Assembly (NCBI GenBank): GCA_963734545.1
Contig: CAVTHO010000007.1
Coordinates: 224,001-288,000, forward strand
Length of the DNA stretch: 64,000 nt
Source of the DNA: an uncultured Spirochaetota bacterium
Lineage (GTDB): Bacteria; Spirochaetota; Spirochaetia; SZUA-6; Fen-1364
Direction: 5' to 3'
Each line of letters opens with the position of its first letter. Position 1 is the stretch's first letter. A model generated the notes under the pieces. The model did no database searches, was not told where the DNA came from, and saw only the letters and a program-made list of their open reading frames with translations. The position numbers and the translations under genes were made by a program. Positions 9,800 through 20,732 of the stretch are shown one piece after another.

Positions 9800-12700
9800 T
9801 TGTACAGGCCCGTCGACCCGAAGGTGAGCTTCCCCAAGATTGAGGAGGACGTCCTCGCTTTCTGGCAGGAAAAGAAGATATTCGAGAAATCCATCTCGCA
9901 GCGGGAGGGCGCGGAGGAGTTCGTCTTCTACGACGGCCCCCCGTTCGCCACCGGACTGCCGCATTACGGGCACTTCATTCCCAGCACGGTGAAGGATGCG
10001 ATTCCCCGCTACCAGGCCATGAAGGGCCGCAAGGTGGACCGCCGCTTCGGGTGGGACTGCCACGGGCTGCCCGTGGAATACGAGATGGAGAAAGAGCTGG
10101 GAATTTCGGGAAAGAAGCAGATCGAAGAATACGGGATCGCGAAGTTCAACGAGGCCTGCCGGTCCATCGTCCTGCGCTATACGAAGGAGTGGAGAAAAGT
10201 CATCACCCGTCTCGGTCGATGGGTCGATTTCGACCACGACTACAAGACCATGGACCTCGACTACATGGAGTCCATCTGGTGGGTGCTGAGCGAGCTGTGG
10301 AAAAAGGGGCTTCTCTACGAGGGCTCCTACATACTCCCCTATTGCCCGCGCTGCTCCACCGCGCTCTCCAACTTCGAGCTGAACCTCGGAGGCTACGTCG
10401 ACGTCTCGGACCCCTCCCTCACCGTCAAATTCGCCCTCGAGTCGGAGCCGCACACATTCTTCCTCGCATGGACCACCACTCCCTGGACGCTTCCCTCCAA
10501 CCTCGGCCTCGCCCTCGGGGCCGATCTCCGCTACGTCAAGGTGAAGGACGGCGAGGACTACTTCATCCTGGCGGAGGACAGGCTGCCGGCCTACTACAAG
10601 AATCCCGCCGGCTACGAGGTTGTCCGCAGCTTCAGCGGCAAAGAGCTGGCGGGAATCAGCTATGTCCCCCTGTTTCCCTACTTCGCCCACCTGAAGTCCA
10701 AGGGCGCCTTCAAGACGTGGATCGGCGATTTCGTCTCGACCGAGGAGGGCACCGGCATCGTGCACATCGCCCCGGGATTCGGAGAGGACGACTACAACCT
10801 GTTGAAGGGCACCGGCATCCCGACGGTGTGCCCGGTCGACGAGGAAGTGAAGTTCACCTCGGAGGTTCCCGACTGGGCGGGACAGTTCGTGAAGGACGCG
10901 GACAAGTCCATCATCCGCAGGCTGAAGGACGAGCGCAAGCTCGTGAAGCACGATTCCATCACGCACGCCTACCCCCATTGCTGGCGCTGCAAGAGCCCGC
11001 TCGTCTATCGCGCCGTTTCCGAGTGGTTCGTGAGCGTGGAGAAGATCAAGTCCGCCATGCTGGCGGCAAATGACGCCATCTACTGGATGCCGGCGCACCT
11101 GAAAACCGGAAGGTTCGGCAAGTGGCTGGAGAATGCCCGGGACTGGGCCATCTCACGCAGCCGCTATTGGGGCAACCCTATTCCCGTCTGGCGCTGTGAT
11201 TCCTGTAAAGCCATGGAGTGCATTGGCTCTCGCGCCGAGCTGGAAAAGAAGACGGGACAAAAAACGACCGACCTCCACAAGCACTTCATCGACGGATTCA
11301 CCTACCCCTGCTCCTGCGGAGGGACCATGCGGCGCATCCCCGAGGTGCTCGACTGCTGGTTCGAATCCGGAGCCATGCCCTACGGGCAGAATCACTATCC
11401 CTTCGAGAATCGGAAGCACTTCGATGCCCATTTCCCCGCGGATTTCATTTCGGAGTCCATCGACCAGACACGCGGATGGTTCTATACCCTCGTGGTGCTG
11501 GGCGCCGCGCTGTTCGACAAGCCGACATTCCGCAATGTCATTGTGAGCGGGCTGATCCTCGACACGGAAGGAAAGAAGATGTCGAAGTCCGCCCGCAACT
11601 ACGCCGATCCCATGGACGTCATTGCCACGCTATGGGGCGGACGCAATGCGGTTGTTCCTCCTGGATTCCGCCGTGCTGAAAGCGGAAGACCTGCGCTTCT
11701 CCGAGGCCGGTGTCAAAGAGGTCGTGAAAAACGTCCTGATCCCGCTGTGGAACTCCTACAGCTTCTTCGTCACTTACGCGAACATCGACCAGGTGACGGT
11801 AGGGGAGGCGCCGCACGCGCCGTCCAACATCCTGGATCGCTGGATCCTGTCCGAAGCGGAGCGGATGGTCCACGAGATCACCGGGTACCTCGAGCTCTAT
11901 GATCTGCAGAAGGCCGTCGACGTCTTCATCGAGTTCATCGACCTGCTCAATAACTGGTACATACGGCGCTCGCGCCGGAGGTTCTGGCGCTCGGGAAATG
12001 ACGCGGACAAGAAGGAGGCCTATCAGGCGCTGCACACGGCGCTGATGAAGCTCATTCTGTGCGCCGCGCCGTTCATTCCCTTCATCACGGAGGCGATGTA
12101 CGCCAATTTGAGGACCCCGGATATGCCGGAGTCCATCCATCTCTGCGATTTCCCGGTTTTCGACGAGTCGCGGCGGGACCCCGCGCTGGAACGCAGGATG
12201 AAGGTGACGATGCGGACCGTGGGAATGGGAAGAAGCCTCCGCACCGACTACTCCTTGAAGATCCGCCAGCCTCTCAAGGCGCTCCATGTCGTCACGCGGG
12301 ACCCCGAGGAGAGAGAGATCCTCCAGTCGATGGAGGAGCTCATCAAGGACGAGCTCAACGTGAAGAGCGTGCTCTTCCGCGAGAACGAGGACGAGCTCGT
12401 GGAGTACCGGGCCAAGGCCAACTTCCGCACGCTGGGCAAGCTGCTGGGCAAGGACATGAAGGCGGCGGCCGCGCGCATCGAGAAGCTGAGTCTCGCGGAT
12501 ATCCACTCGCTTCTCGCCTCGCGCAGCGTTCCCCTGGAAGTGGAAGGGCGCACCTTTTCACTCACCCCCGAGGGTGTGGAGATCCAGCGCATTGAAAAGG
12601 AAAACCTCAAGGTGATAAACGACGGTTCGCTCACGGTCGCGCTGGATCCCGAGCTCACGCCCGCGCTCATCCAGGAAGGGCTGGTGCGAGACCTGGTGCG

Positions 12701-12926
12701 CGGAATCCAGAGCCTGCGAAAGGACAAGGGGCTGGAGGTCACCGACCGGATCGAGCTCACCCTCTTCGGCTCGGAGGCGCTGCGGGAGGCAGTGGAGAGC
12801 TACGCCGAGCACCTTCTCTCCGAGACGCTCGCCGTGTCGTGGAAATGGGAAAAGTCCGGGGAACCCGCCGAGATCGATTGCGGCGGAGAAACATGCGCCG
12901 TGTCCCTGAAGAAGGCCGCGCGCTGA
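9800..12926 (+). CDS. ileS: Isoleucine--tRNA ligase, type 2 (frameshift near 11628)
   Basis: YDGPPFATGLPHYGH, GWDCHGLP, WTTTPWTLPSN, KMSKS; continues as YGADAMR and NWYIRRSRRRF in another frame; TTG start after AAGGAG. Confidence 0.95.
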
Positions 12927-13845
12927 TGCGTTTCGCCGCCTTTCCCGCGGCGTGCTGCGCCGTGCTGCTCATGCTCGCCTCCTGCGCAACCGTTCCTCAA
13001 CGGCCCTCGTCCGAATGGCTCGGCGTGCTTCCCGCCGACGCCACGCTGTATGTCTCACTGTCCGTGAGCGGGTCCGGGGATCTGATCAGGAAAGCGCTGA
13101 AGTCAGCAGGGCCCGATCTGCAGGATGTCAATACTCTGGTCGACATGACCAGGCGGCTCGTCTGCTCCGTGACGCTGGCCAGGGGTGCGCCTGCCCGGTT
13201 TGCGGTCGTGGCCCTGGGAGGATACCCGGGCGGCCTCATCGGCATGCGCCTTTCCGGAAACAAGGAATGGACGCAGAAGAAGGGACCTGCCGGCTCCCAT
13301 TGGGAATGGATCAAAGCTGGGCATCCAGATGAGCATCCCCAACAACGGCATCCTGCTCGCCTCCAACGGGGATATCGATTCTGCTTCTCGCGCACTGGGC
13401 AGCGCCGCTTCCCCTCGTCCTGCCCCCCGAGGTTGCAGGCGACATGGAGAGGACCGACCTCGTGCTCTACATGCCGGAATTGCCAGGGGGTTTGCAGCAG
13501 AGCGCCGCTCAGAACGGCGTGCATATCCCGCTCAAGGAAATCTGGATGAACGCGGTGAAGTTCAAGGGGGGGTATACCTTCTCCGGCACCGCGAACACCG
13601 GCTCGGGCCAGGAGGCGGAGCTTCTCACCCTCGTCCTGCGCCTGGGGATTGTCGGCTGGATGCGCTCGGAAAACCTGCCGGACACCGCGGAGAGGCTCAA
13701 GATGATCTCCGTGTCGCCCAGCGGCAGCCAGGTCAAGCTTGCAGGCCTGCGTTTCTCCGACGAAGAGGTCATTCCCTTTTTCTTGTCTCTCCTGAAGGGC
13801 ATGTCTCCCCCCGCGGACGCACCGCAGGCGGAGCTTACCCAGTGA
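12926..13845 (+). CDS. Hypothetical lipoprotein (two apparent frameshifts near 13315 and 13380)
   Basis: Lipobox LLMLASC; TGATG coupling to ileS; plausible coding sequence continues across three frames. Confidence 0.65.
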
Positions 13846-14503
13846 GCGCGGGGACCACGGTCGTCGTCGACTACGGGGCCGGCAATCTCAAGAGCGTGGA
13901 GAACGGCCTGCGCTACCTCGGCGCCCCCTATCTGGTGACGTCCCGGCCCGAGGACGTTGCGGACGCCGAGGGCCTCATCTTTCCCGGGTGTCGGGGAAGC
14001 GGCGGCATCAATGAGCGAGCTGAAAAGGACCGGCCTCGACCGCGCCCTCAGGGACTATCTGGGCTCAGGAAGGAAGATCCTGGGGATCTGCATCGGCTGC
14101 CAGGTGATCTTCGAGCGCTCGGAGGAACGGGACACGGAGTGTCTCGGCATTTTCAAGGGATCGGTTCGCCGCTTCCCGCGGAGGCCGTGGCTTCAAAGTT
14201 CCCCACATGGGCTGGAACACTGTCCATTTCACCCGGCCGCACCCGGTTTTCCACGGCATACCGCAGGACTCTTCCTTCTATTTCGTGCACTCCTACTATC
14301 CCGAGCCTGCGGATCCGGGTCTCATTGCGGGGGAGACGGAATACGGCATGACATTCGCCTCCTGCGTGGCCTGGCGGAACCTCGTCGCGTTTCAATTCCA
14401 CCTGGAGAAATCCGGCTCTCTCGGGATGAAGCTTCTCTCCAATTTCCTTTCCTGGAATGGACGGCTGGATGAAAGGGAATCTCGAGGGACCCTCCATGCT
14501 TAG
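13842..14503 (+). CDS. hisH: Imidazole glycerol phosphate synthase glutaminase subunit (two frameshifts)
   Basis: [38 protein letters not shown] and QFHLEKS spread over three frames. Confidence 0.9.
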
Positions 14504-15265
14504 CAAACGCCTCATTGTCTGTCTTGACGTGAAGGACGGCCGCACCACCAAGGGGGTGCAATTCAAAGGAAATATCGACGTCGGCGACCCTGTGGAGATG
14601 GCGCGGAAATACTATGAGGACGGTGTCGACGAGCTGGTTTTCTACGACATCACCGCGTCGGCCGAAAGAAGGAAGATCCGGATCGACACGGTCCGCAGGG
14701 TGGCGGAGCAGGTCTTCATTCCCTTTTCCGTGGGCGGCGGCATTTCCTCCGTTGCGGAAATGAGGGAGGTGCTTCTGGCGGGCGCGGAGAAGGTGAGCGT
14801 GAACTCCGCGGCAGTGCGCAACCCCGACATCATCACCGAGGGCGCATCGCTGTACGGGACCCAGTGCATCGTCCTGGGAATGGACGTGGCCAGGGATGAC
14901 CGCATGCCTTCAGGCTACGTGGTGGTGATAGACGGCGGCAGGACCCGGACCGGCCTGGATGCTCTCCAGTGGGCCCGTCAGGCGGAGAAGCTGGGCGCCG
15001 GCGAGATCGTGCTCAACTCCATAGATGCGGACGGCACGCGGGACGGCTACGAGCTGACCGTGACCGGGCTCGTTTCCCGAGGGGTCGGCATACCTGTCGT
15101 GGCGTCCGGTGGCGCGGGAGCGCCGGCGCACGTGCTCTCCGTGCTGCGGGACGCGGCCGCCGACGCGGCATTGGTCGCATCGATCGTGCATTCCGGCGCC
15201 TGGAGCATCCCCCGCATCAAGGATTTTCTGGAAGAAAACGGCATTCCAGTCCGGAAACAAAGTAA
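14496..15265 (+). CDS. hisF: Imidazole glycerol phosphate synthase cyclase subunit (3' end uncertain; ORF as read runs to 15458)
   Basis: [50 protein letters not shown]; similarity ends at GIPVR near 15255. Confidence 0.92.
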
Positions 15266-15314
15266 TGCAGAATACCGTGCCCGCCCCTGTGCGCTCATGC
15301 TGCAGCCCGGCCTG

Positions 15315-15374
15315 TTGCCACAACACGGCATTGAAGCTATATTTGAGAAAATAGATGCGTCTATTGCTTTTCTC
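15315..15374 (+). promoter_or_regulatory. Sigma70 promoter with an inverted repeat over the start site
   Basis: TTGCCA-17bp-TATATT followed by GAGAAAATAGA-tgcg-TCTATTgcTTTTCTC. Confidence 0.55.
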
Positions 15375-15394
15375 GGGAGTCAGGAGTTAAAGGC

Positions 15395-15733
15395 ATGCCC
15401 ACATACGAGTATGTGTGCACCAAGTGCGGTCATAGATTCGAGGCCCTGCAGAGCATGACGGAGAAGCCGCTCTCCCGCTGCCCCGTGTGCAAGAGCGCGG
15501 TCCGCCGGATCATCAATGGCGGGATCGGCGTCATCTTCAAGGGAAGCGGATTCTACTCCACTGACAACAAGAGAAGCTCCGCCCTGACCGGCGGAAACGG
15601 CAGCTCCAAGGACAGGGACAAATCCTCGGAGAAGTCGCAGGAAAGCTCTCCTGAGAAAGCATCGACGGAAAGAACCGCTTCCGGGCAGTCCTCTTCTGAC
15701 AAGAACTCCAAGGAAAAGACCCCGGCTTCCTGA
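15395..15733 (+). CDS. FmdB-family zinc-ribbon protein
   Basis: [27 protein letters not shown] and a Ser/Lys-rich tail; AGGAG RBS. Confidence 0.9.
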   Translation: MPTYEYVCTKCGHRFEALQSMTEKPLSRCPVCKSAVRRIINGGIGVIFKGSGFYSTDNKRSSALTGGNGSSKDRDKSSEKSQESSPEKASTERTASGQSSSDKNSKEKTPAS

Positions 15734-15738
15734 GCCCC

Positions 15739-16903
15739 TTAAAACTGTACTTTTTCGGTCTTCTCCAGGGCCTCGCGAATGAGGGATTCCACATCCAGGT
15801 GCGCGAAGGAGAGCTTCATCTTGCGCGCGTTGGGATGAATCAGCGGGTGCGCGGGTGAGAACAGCACGCAGCAGTCGGCATAGGGGAGATTGGAAGTCTC
15901 GAACGTCTCGATCCTCCTTGCCACGGCGATTATCTCTTCCTTGTTCATGCCCACGAGGGGCCGGAATACGGGCAGGTCGGTGAACGAGCCCGTGAAGTGC
16001 ATGCTCTCCACGGTCTGGCTCGCGACCTGGCCGAGGCTTTCTCCCGTTATCAGGCACATTGCCCCCGAGTCTTCGGCCAGCAGGGTCGCAAATCGCGTCA
16101 TGCACGCGCGCAGCAGCAGCGTCACCTCCTCGTCCAGGGCCTTTTCCTTGATGCGCGCGAGCACCGGCGTGAACGGCACCACGTGGAGCACGATGCCCGG
16201 CGCCCAGGCCGACAGTATCCGGGCAAGGGTCTCGACCTTTTCCCGCGCTTTCTCCGAGGTGAACGGAGCAGAGTGGAAGTAGACGGCCTCGATTGCCATT
16301 CCACGCTTTGCCATCATCCAGCCGGCCACCGGTGAATCGATGCCTCCCGACAGGAGGAGCAGGCCCCTGCCCGGAGCTGCCGCTCGGCAGGCCGTAGGGA
16401 CCGTTGATCGAAGGTCCATAGAGATAGGCGTGTTCGCGGATCTCGACATTCATGACCCAGTCGGGGGCGTGCACGTCCACCACCAGCCCGGGAAACCGCT
16501 CCAGCAGCAGCTCGCCGATCCGGCAGGAAATCTCGTAGGAGCTGAGGGGGAACCCCTTGTCCGCACGCCGGGTTTCCACCTTGAATCTCTTCCCCATGCC
16601 CGCGGCAATGAATCCCTCCGCGAGTCCGGCCGCGGCGGACTCGATCGCCGAGATATCCCCGTTGATCTGGAGCGCCTTGCAGAAGGAAACAACGCCGAAC
16701 GTGCGCGTGAGCGCCGCCGCGATGGCATCCTCGTGCTCGGCCGGGAATCGAACAAAGACCCGGTGGAACGTCTCGTAGACGGAGAACTGCAGTCCGGGCA
16801 GCTTCGCCCGTATCGAGTCCTTGAGGCTCCTGACGAACGCGCCGCGATTGCGCTTCTTCAGTGCGATTTCCCCGTATTTCACCAGGAACAGGTCCTCCGT
16901 CAT
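15739..16903 (-). CDS. thiI: tRNA 4-thiouridine synthase ThiI, no rhodanese domain (frameshift near 16375)
   Basis: VKYGEIALK, THUMP domain, LLLSGGIDSPVA, TGESLGQVASQT, RPLVG, DCC. Confidence 0.92.
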
Positions 16904-18118
16904 GCCCCGCGCCCCCGGGCAATGGAAAGCAGAGGAGGGATATCCTGCCGCAGCACGGCGAGCAGACCGTCGATTTGAACCGCCGTTGTGGAAGGGCCGA
17001 AGGACACCCGGATTGCCGAGAGCGCGGTTTCGTGAGACAGCCCCATACTCTCCGGTACGCGGGTGCGGTCCTTCTTTTTCGATGAGCAGGCGGACCCTGT
17101 CGAGATGCAGTAGCCGCGGCTGTCCGCCATCCGCACGACCACTTCCGCGGGGAGGGGAGGGAACCCTGCTGAAACGATATACGGTGAGTAGGCCGCCGCG
17201 TCATCTTCCTCCCGCGCCGAGGGGAATATCCAGGCGCCACGGATCTCCCGCAGCCCATGCACGAGGCGGCGCGCGTTCTCACCCGCGGCTGCGCGGTCCT
17301 GCTCCAGCCGGAGAAGCCTCTTTTCCGCAGCGACCGTCATTGCGCAGATGCCGGGCAGGTTCTCCGTGCCCGGGTCTTCGTCCGCGCTCCTGACCGCCGC
17401 CCACGGAAAGGAAACCCGGAGCGGCGCCTTCCCTCAGGTAGAGCGCCCCTGCGCCCCGGAGGCCGCCGATCTTGTGCGCACTGAAAGAGGCCGCGTCCAC
17501 GTCCAATTCGCGCAGGGAGAATGGTATCTTGCCCAGCGCCTGCACCGCATCCGTGTGGAAGAGGATCTTCCGGCCGCGCCGCGCAGAGAACTCCCTGACC
17601 GCCCGGGCGATCTCCCTCAGGTCCTGCACGGCCCCGGTCTCGTTGTTGACCATCATGACGGAGACCATGACCGTGTCCTCGTCCAGCGCATCGGCGAGCG
17701 CCTGGGGGTCCACGGTGCCGTTGGCGCGAGGCGCGACAAATGCGCATGAAATGCCGTGTCCCTGGAGGCTGTGAAGCTGCTCGTATACGGACGAGTGCTC
17801 GATGGCAGTGCTGACGACCCGGGTCTTTTGCCTCTGGACCCCGCCAAGCCTGTGACGGTCGAGCAGGGAGAGGAGGAGTGCGCCGTTCGACTCCGTCCCT
17901 CCGGAGGTGAAGACGATCTCCCGCGCCTCGACTCCGAGCGCGCCTGCAAAGCGAGCACGCATCTGCTCCAGCTTTTCCCCGGCCTCTCTCCCCGGCGCGT
18001 GGGGGGATGAAGGATTGGCGAACAGATGGAGCGAAACTTCCCTTGCCTCGTCGATTGCGTCAGGTTCCGGTGGGGCTGAAGCGGCCCAGTCCAGGTAGGT
18101 CAATTCCTGTCCGCCCAT
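16900..18118 (-). CDS. Cysteine desulfurase, IscS/NifZ type (frameshift near 17370)
   Basis: YLDWAAS, ANPSS, FTSGGTE, HTDAVQ, SAHKIGG, GGGQE, STGSACSS; coupled to thiI. Confidence 0.9.
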
Positions 18119-18120
18119 CC

Positions 18121-18149
18121 TTGATACAATCGACTCCTCTCGGTAGAAT
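18121..18149 (+). promoter_or_regulatory. Sigma70 promoter of the ArsR gene
   Basis: TTGATA-17bp-TAGAAT. Confidence 0.6.
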
Positions 18150-18171
18150 AGACTGGAAAATACAGAAGACC

Positions 18172-18468
18172 ATGGAAAAAAACAAGGTTGTGGACAGGAA
18201 GAGCGCCCGAGGAAGCATCGCGCAGTTTGCGCGCATACTCAAGGTATGCGGCCATCCCATGCGGCTGAAGCTGCTGCGCGCAATCGAGGCCAGCGAGCCA
18301 TGCGTGTCGGATCTCTGGCACTGCGTGGAGGAATCTCAGCCGGTCGTATCGCAGCACCTGGCGGTGCTCAAACGGGAGGGCATCGTGAGCTCCCGCGTGG
18401 AGGGGAACCGGAGGATCTATTCCGTCACCGATCCGCTGGTCAAGGACCTCATCAGCAGGCTGCCCTAG
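18172..18468 (+). CDS. ArsR/SmtB-family transcriptional regulator
   Basis: LKVCGHPMRLKLL, CVSDL, SQPVVSQHLAVLK, GNRRIY. Confidence 0.88.
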   Translation: MEKNKVVDRKSARGSIAQFARILKVCGHPMRLKLLRAIEASEPCVSDLWHCVEESQPVVSQHLAVLKREGIVSSRVEGNRRIYSVTDPLVKDLISRLP

Positions 18469-18480
18469 AGCGCGCACCCG

Positions 18481-18542
18481 GGCGCCGCGGTACCCCGCGG
18501 ATTTATGGCGCCGCGGTACCCCGCGGATGTATGGCACCGCGG
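18481..18542. repeat. 26-bp palindromic tandem repeat (CCGCGG family), about 2.4 copies
   Basis: GGCGCCGCGGTACCCCGCGGAT(T/G)TAT at 18481 and 18507, partial copy at 18533. Confidence 0.9.
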
Positions 18543-18606
18543 CCTCTTTTGATGGCGTGCGGGCACGGCTTGTGCATCAGGCGCGCGCAACGGTACTCTT
18601 TCCCGC

Positions 18607-19026
18607 ATGCATGAATGGGCTCTGGCTGACGCAGTGATAGAGGCAACCGCGTCCGCACTCGCGGGGAGGGATCCGGCGTGCCTGCGCGCCGTCAATGTCC
18701 TGATCGGCGAGCTGCAGGCGATCGACCGCGAGATCTTCGATTTCGCCCTCACGACAATGCTGGAGGAAAAACCGTTTCGCGGCGCGCGCTATAAGCTGGA
18801 GACGGAAGCAGCGGTCTTTCTTTGCGCGGCCTGCGACAGGCAATGGGGTCTCCCGGAGACGAACAGCCTGACCGCGGAAACGCGCGAAGCAATTCATTTT
18901 CTGCCTGAGGCGGCCCACGCGTTCGTCCGATGCCCTTCCTGCGGCAGTCCGGATTTTCGGGTACACAAGGGAAGGGGGGTGAGCATCGCCAGCCTGGAGA
19001 TGTCAGTGGAGGGCGCGTGCGGGTGA
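18607..19026 (+). CDS. hypA: Hydrogenase nickel incorporation protein HypA (Thermococcales-like long form)
   Basis: MHEWALA N-terminus, IGELQ, CAAC and CPSC zinc motifs separated by a long EAIHFLPE insert, GRGVSI. Confidence 0.92.
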   Translation: MHEWALADAVIEATASALAGRDPACLRAVNVLIGELQAIDREIFDFALTTMLEEKPFRGARYKLETEAAVFLCAACDRQWGLPETNSLTAETREAIHFLPEAAHAFVRCPSCGSPDFRVHKGRGVSIASLEMSVEGACG

Positions 19027-19757
19027 CGGATCCCCGCGGCGCTGTTGTCGGAAAGCGGCTCTCCGGCATCGGCCGCATCGCGGGCTTTTGCTCGGCAAAA
19101 GGCGGCGTCGGAAAAACAATGTGCACGGCGGTGGCAGGCATCGCGCTTGCCGGCCAGGGGAAAAAGGTCGGACTCCTCGACCTGGACCTGCAGGGCGCGT
19201 CCGCGCACGTCTTCCTCGGTGTGCAACCGGGATTGCCGAAGGAGGACAAGGGGATCCTCCCGCTTTCTGTCCTGAAGAACCTGTGCCTGATGAGTGTGAC
19301 GTCGTTTACCGGAGAGCATCCGCTTGCGCTCCGGGGTGCCGAGGTGTCAGATGCGCTTCGTGAGCTCCTGGCCGTCACTCAGTGGGGCACGCTGGACTAT
19401 CTCTTCATCGATATGCCGCCGGGCATCGGGGACGAGGTGCTCGATCTCGCCCGGTTGATACCCCGAATGGAGGCGATCGTCGTCTCCACGCCGTCACCGG
19501 TTTCCGTGGCAGTGGTGGAGAGGCTGATGGCGGTTCTTGCGGAAATGCGCATTTCCGTGCCGGGCGTGATCGCCAACATGGTGCGGGACGGCGCGGAAAC
19601 GGTGAACGATCTGGCGCGGCGCTGCGGCGTGCCTTTCGCCGGTGAGGTGCCGTTTGAGCCCGGCATCGAGAGCGCTGTCGGCGCTCCCGGCGCGCTCGGC
19701 CGCACGGGAGCGGCGGCCGCCCTCCTCCGCGCGCTGGCAGCAATGCGATTTGCCTAG
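19023..19757 (+). CDS. Mrp/MinD-family ATPase, probable ATPase-type HypB
   Basis: SAKGGVGKT deviant Walker A, LLDLDLQG, LRGAEVSDAL, WGTLDYLFIDMPPG; no ApbC CxxC; GTGA overlap with hypA. Confidence 0.8.
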   Translation: MTDPRGAVVGKRLSGIGRIAGFCSAKGGVGKTMCTAVAGIALAGQGKKVGLLDLDLQGASAHVFLGVQPGLPKEDKGILPLSVLKNLCLMSVTSFTGEHPLALRGAEVSDALRELLAVTQWGTLDYLFIDMPPGIGDEVLDLARLIPRMEAIVVSTPSPVSVAVVERLMAVLAEMRISVPGVIANMVRDGAETVNDLARRCGVPFAGEVPFEPGIESAVGAPGALGRTGAAAALLRALAAMRFA

Positions 19758-19890
19758 TGCGCCGCGGTATTCCGCGGATTCAGTGCGCCGCGGTATTCCG
19801 CGGATTCAGTGCGCCGCGGTATTCCGCGGATTCGGGGCGCCGCGTCTGCCGGGCGTGGTTGATGCCTTGAATCCGCGGAGCACTGCGGCA
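19756..19890. repeat. 26-bp palindromic tandem repeat (CCGCGG family), 3 exact copies plus a degenerate inverted copy
   Basis: AGTGCGCCGCGGTATTCCGCGGATTC at 19756, 19782 and 19808; GAATCCGCGGAGCACTGCGGC near 19869. Confidence 0.92.
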
Positions 19891-19901
19891 GGGGGGAACG
19901 G

Positions 19902-20204
19902 ATGAGTGTCTTCGAAATCACCATGCTCGTGTGCTTCGGCGCCGCATGGCCCGTTTCCATCTACAAGTCCCTGAAATCCCGCCAGGTGGCCGGAAAGAGC
20001 CTGCCCTTCCTGGTCATCATTCTGATCGGTTATGGCGCAGGCGTTCTGCACAAACTGCTGTATCACTACGACGCGGTGATATTCCTGTACCTCCTCAACG
20101 CCCTCATGGTGGCATTCGACATCTTCCTCTACCTCCGCAACAGGCTCTACCATGTGCGTCGCAGTCTCCTCGAGGCCGGCGACAGATCGAAGGAGGGTCA
20201 CTGA
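19902..20204 (+). CDS. Small 3-TM membrane protein, PQ-loop/SemiSWEET-like
   Basis: FEITMLVCFGAAWPVSIYKS...GKS pattern; three hydrophobic helices. Confidence 0.6.
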   Translation: MSVFEITMLVCFGAAWPVSIYKSLKSRQVAGKSLPFLVIILIGYGAGVLHKLLYHYDAVIFLYLLNALMVAFDIFLYLRNRLYHVRRSLLEAGDRSKEGH

Positions 20205-20205
20205 C

Positions 20206-20697
20206 ATGAAGGTGCTCATCGCATATCGATCGAAATACGGTGCCACGGAGACCTGCGCCCATGCGCTTGCGGAACGGATCAAGGCGGAAACCGCGCTCGC
20301 AGACCTGCGAATCCGTCACACGCCGGATGTGCACGCATTCGACGTCGTGCTGATAGGCGGATCGATCTACGGGGGCAGGATCCAGCGGGAAGTGACCTCG
20401 TTCTGTGAGCGTCGCGGGGAGCTGCTGCTGCAAAGAAGGACCGGACTGTTTCTCTGCTGTCTCTCTCAAGGGGAGCACGCACGGGAGCAGCTTCAGGCCG
20501 CTTTCCCTGAATGGCTCTCCGCGCACGCGTTTGCGTGCAGTCTTTTCGGCGGGGACCTGCGCTATGACAGGCTCACCCTCCTGGACAGGCTGCTCGTGCG
20601 GGGTCTCCCCCGGCCTCCGCGCGGAGTTTCGCTCCTGGACACGGATGCCATCGCGGACATGGCCGATATCGTGAACTCATTCCTGCCGGGCGCGTAG
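20206..20697 (+). CDS. Flavodoxin-domain protein (Flavodoxin_5/HemG-like)
   Basis: LIAYRSKYGATE, DVVLIGGSIYGG, GLFLCC, FGG; GGAGG RBS. Confidence 0.82.
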   Translation: MKVLIAYRSKYGATETCAHALAERIKAETALADLRIRHTPDVHAFDVVLIGGSIYGGRIQREVTSFCERRGELLLQRRTGLFLCCLSQGEHAREQLQAAFPEWLSAHAFACSLFGGDLRYDRLTLLDRLLVRGLPRPPRGVSLLDTDAIADMADIVNSFLPGA

Positions 20698-20732
20698 CGC
20701 TGCCGCATCGGGTGGAGCGCCGCGGGGCAGGG

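Noticed and set aside
11600-11660. Programmed frameshift or pseudogenisation of ileS (and tsf)
   Set aside because: No slippery heptamer, the genes are essential, and the window has many similar indels; sequencing error is simpler.
15345-15374. CIRCE element before the FmdB gene
   Set aside because: The inverted repeat does not match TTAGCACTC-N9-GAGTGCTAA.
15266-15458. C-terminal extension of HisF
   Set aside because: It runs over a clear promoter and into the FmdB gene; a TAA in an adjacent frame at 15263-15265 fits the normal HisF length.
19756-19833. 26-bp palindromic repeats as CRISPR direct repeats
   Set aside because: Head-to-tail tandem copies with no spacers.
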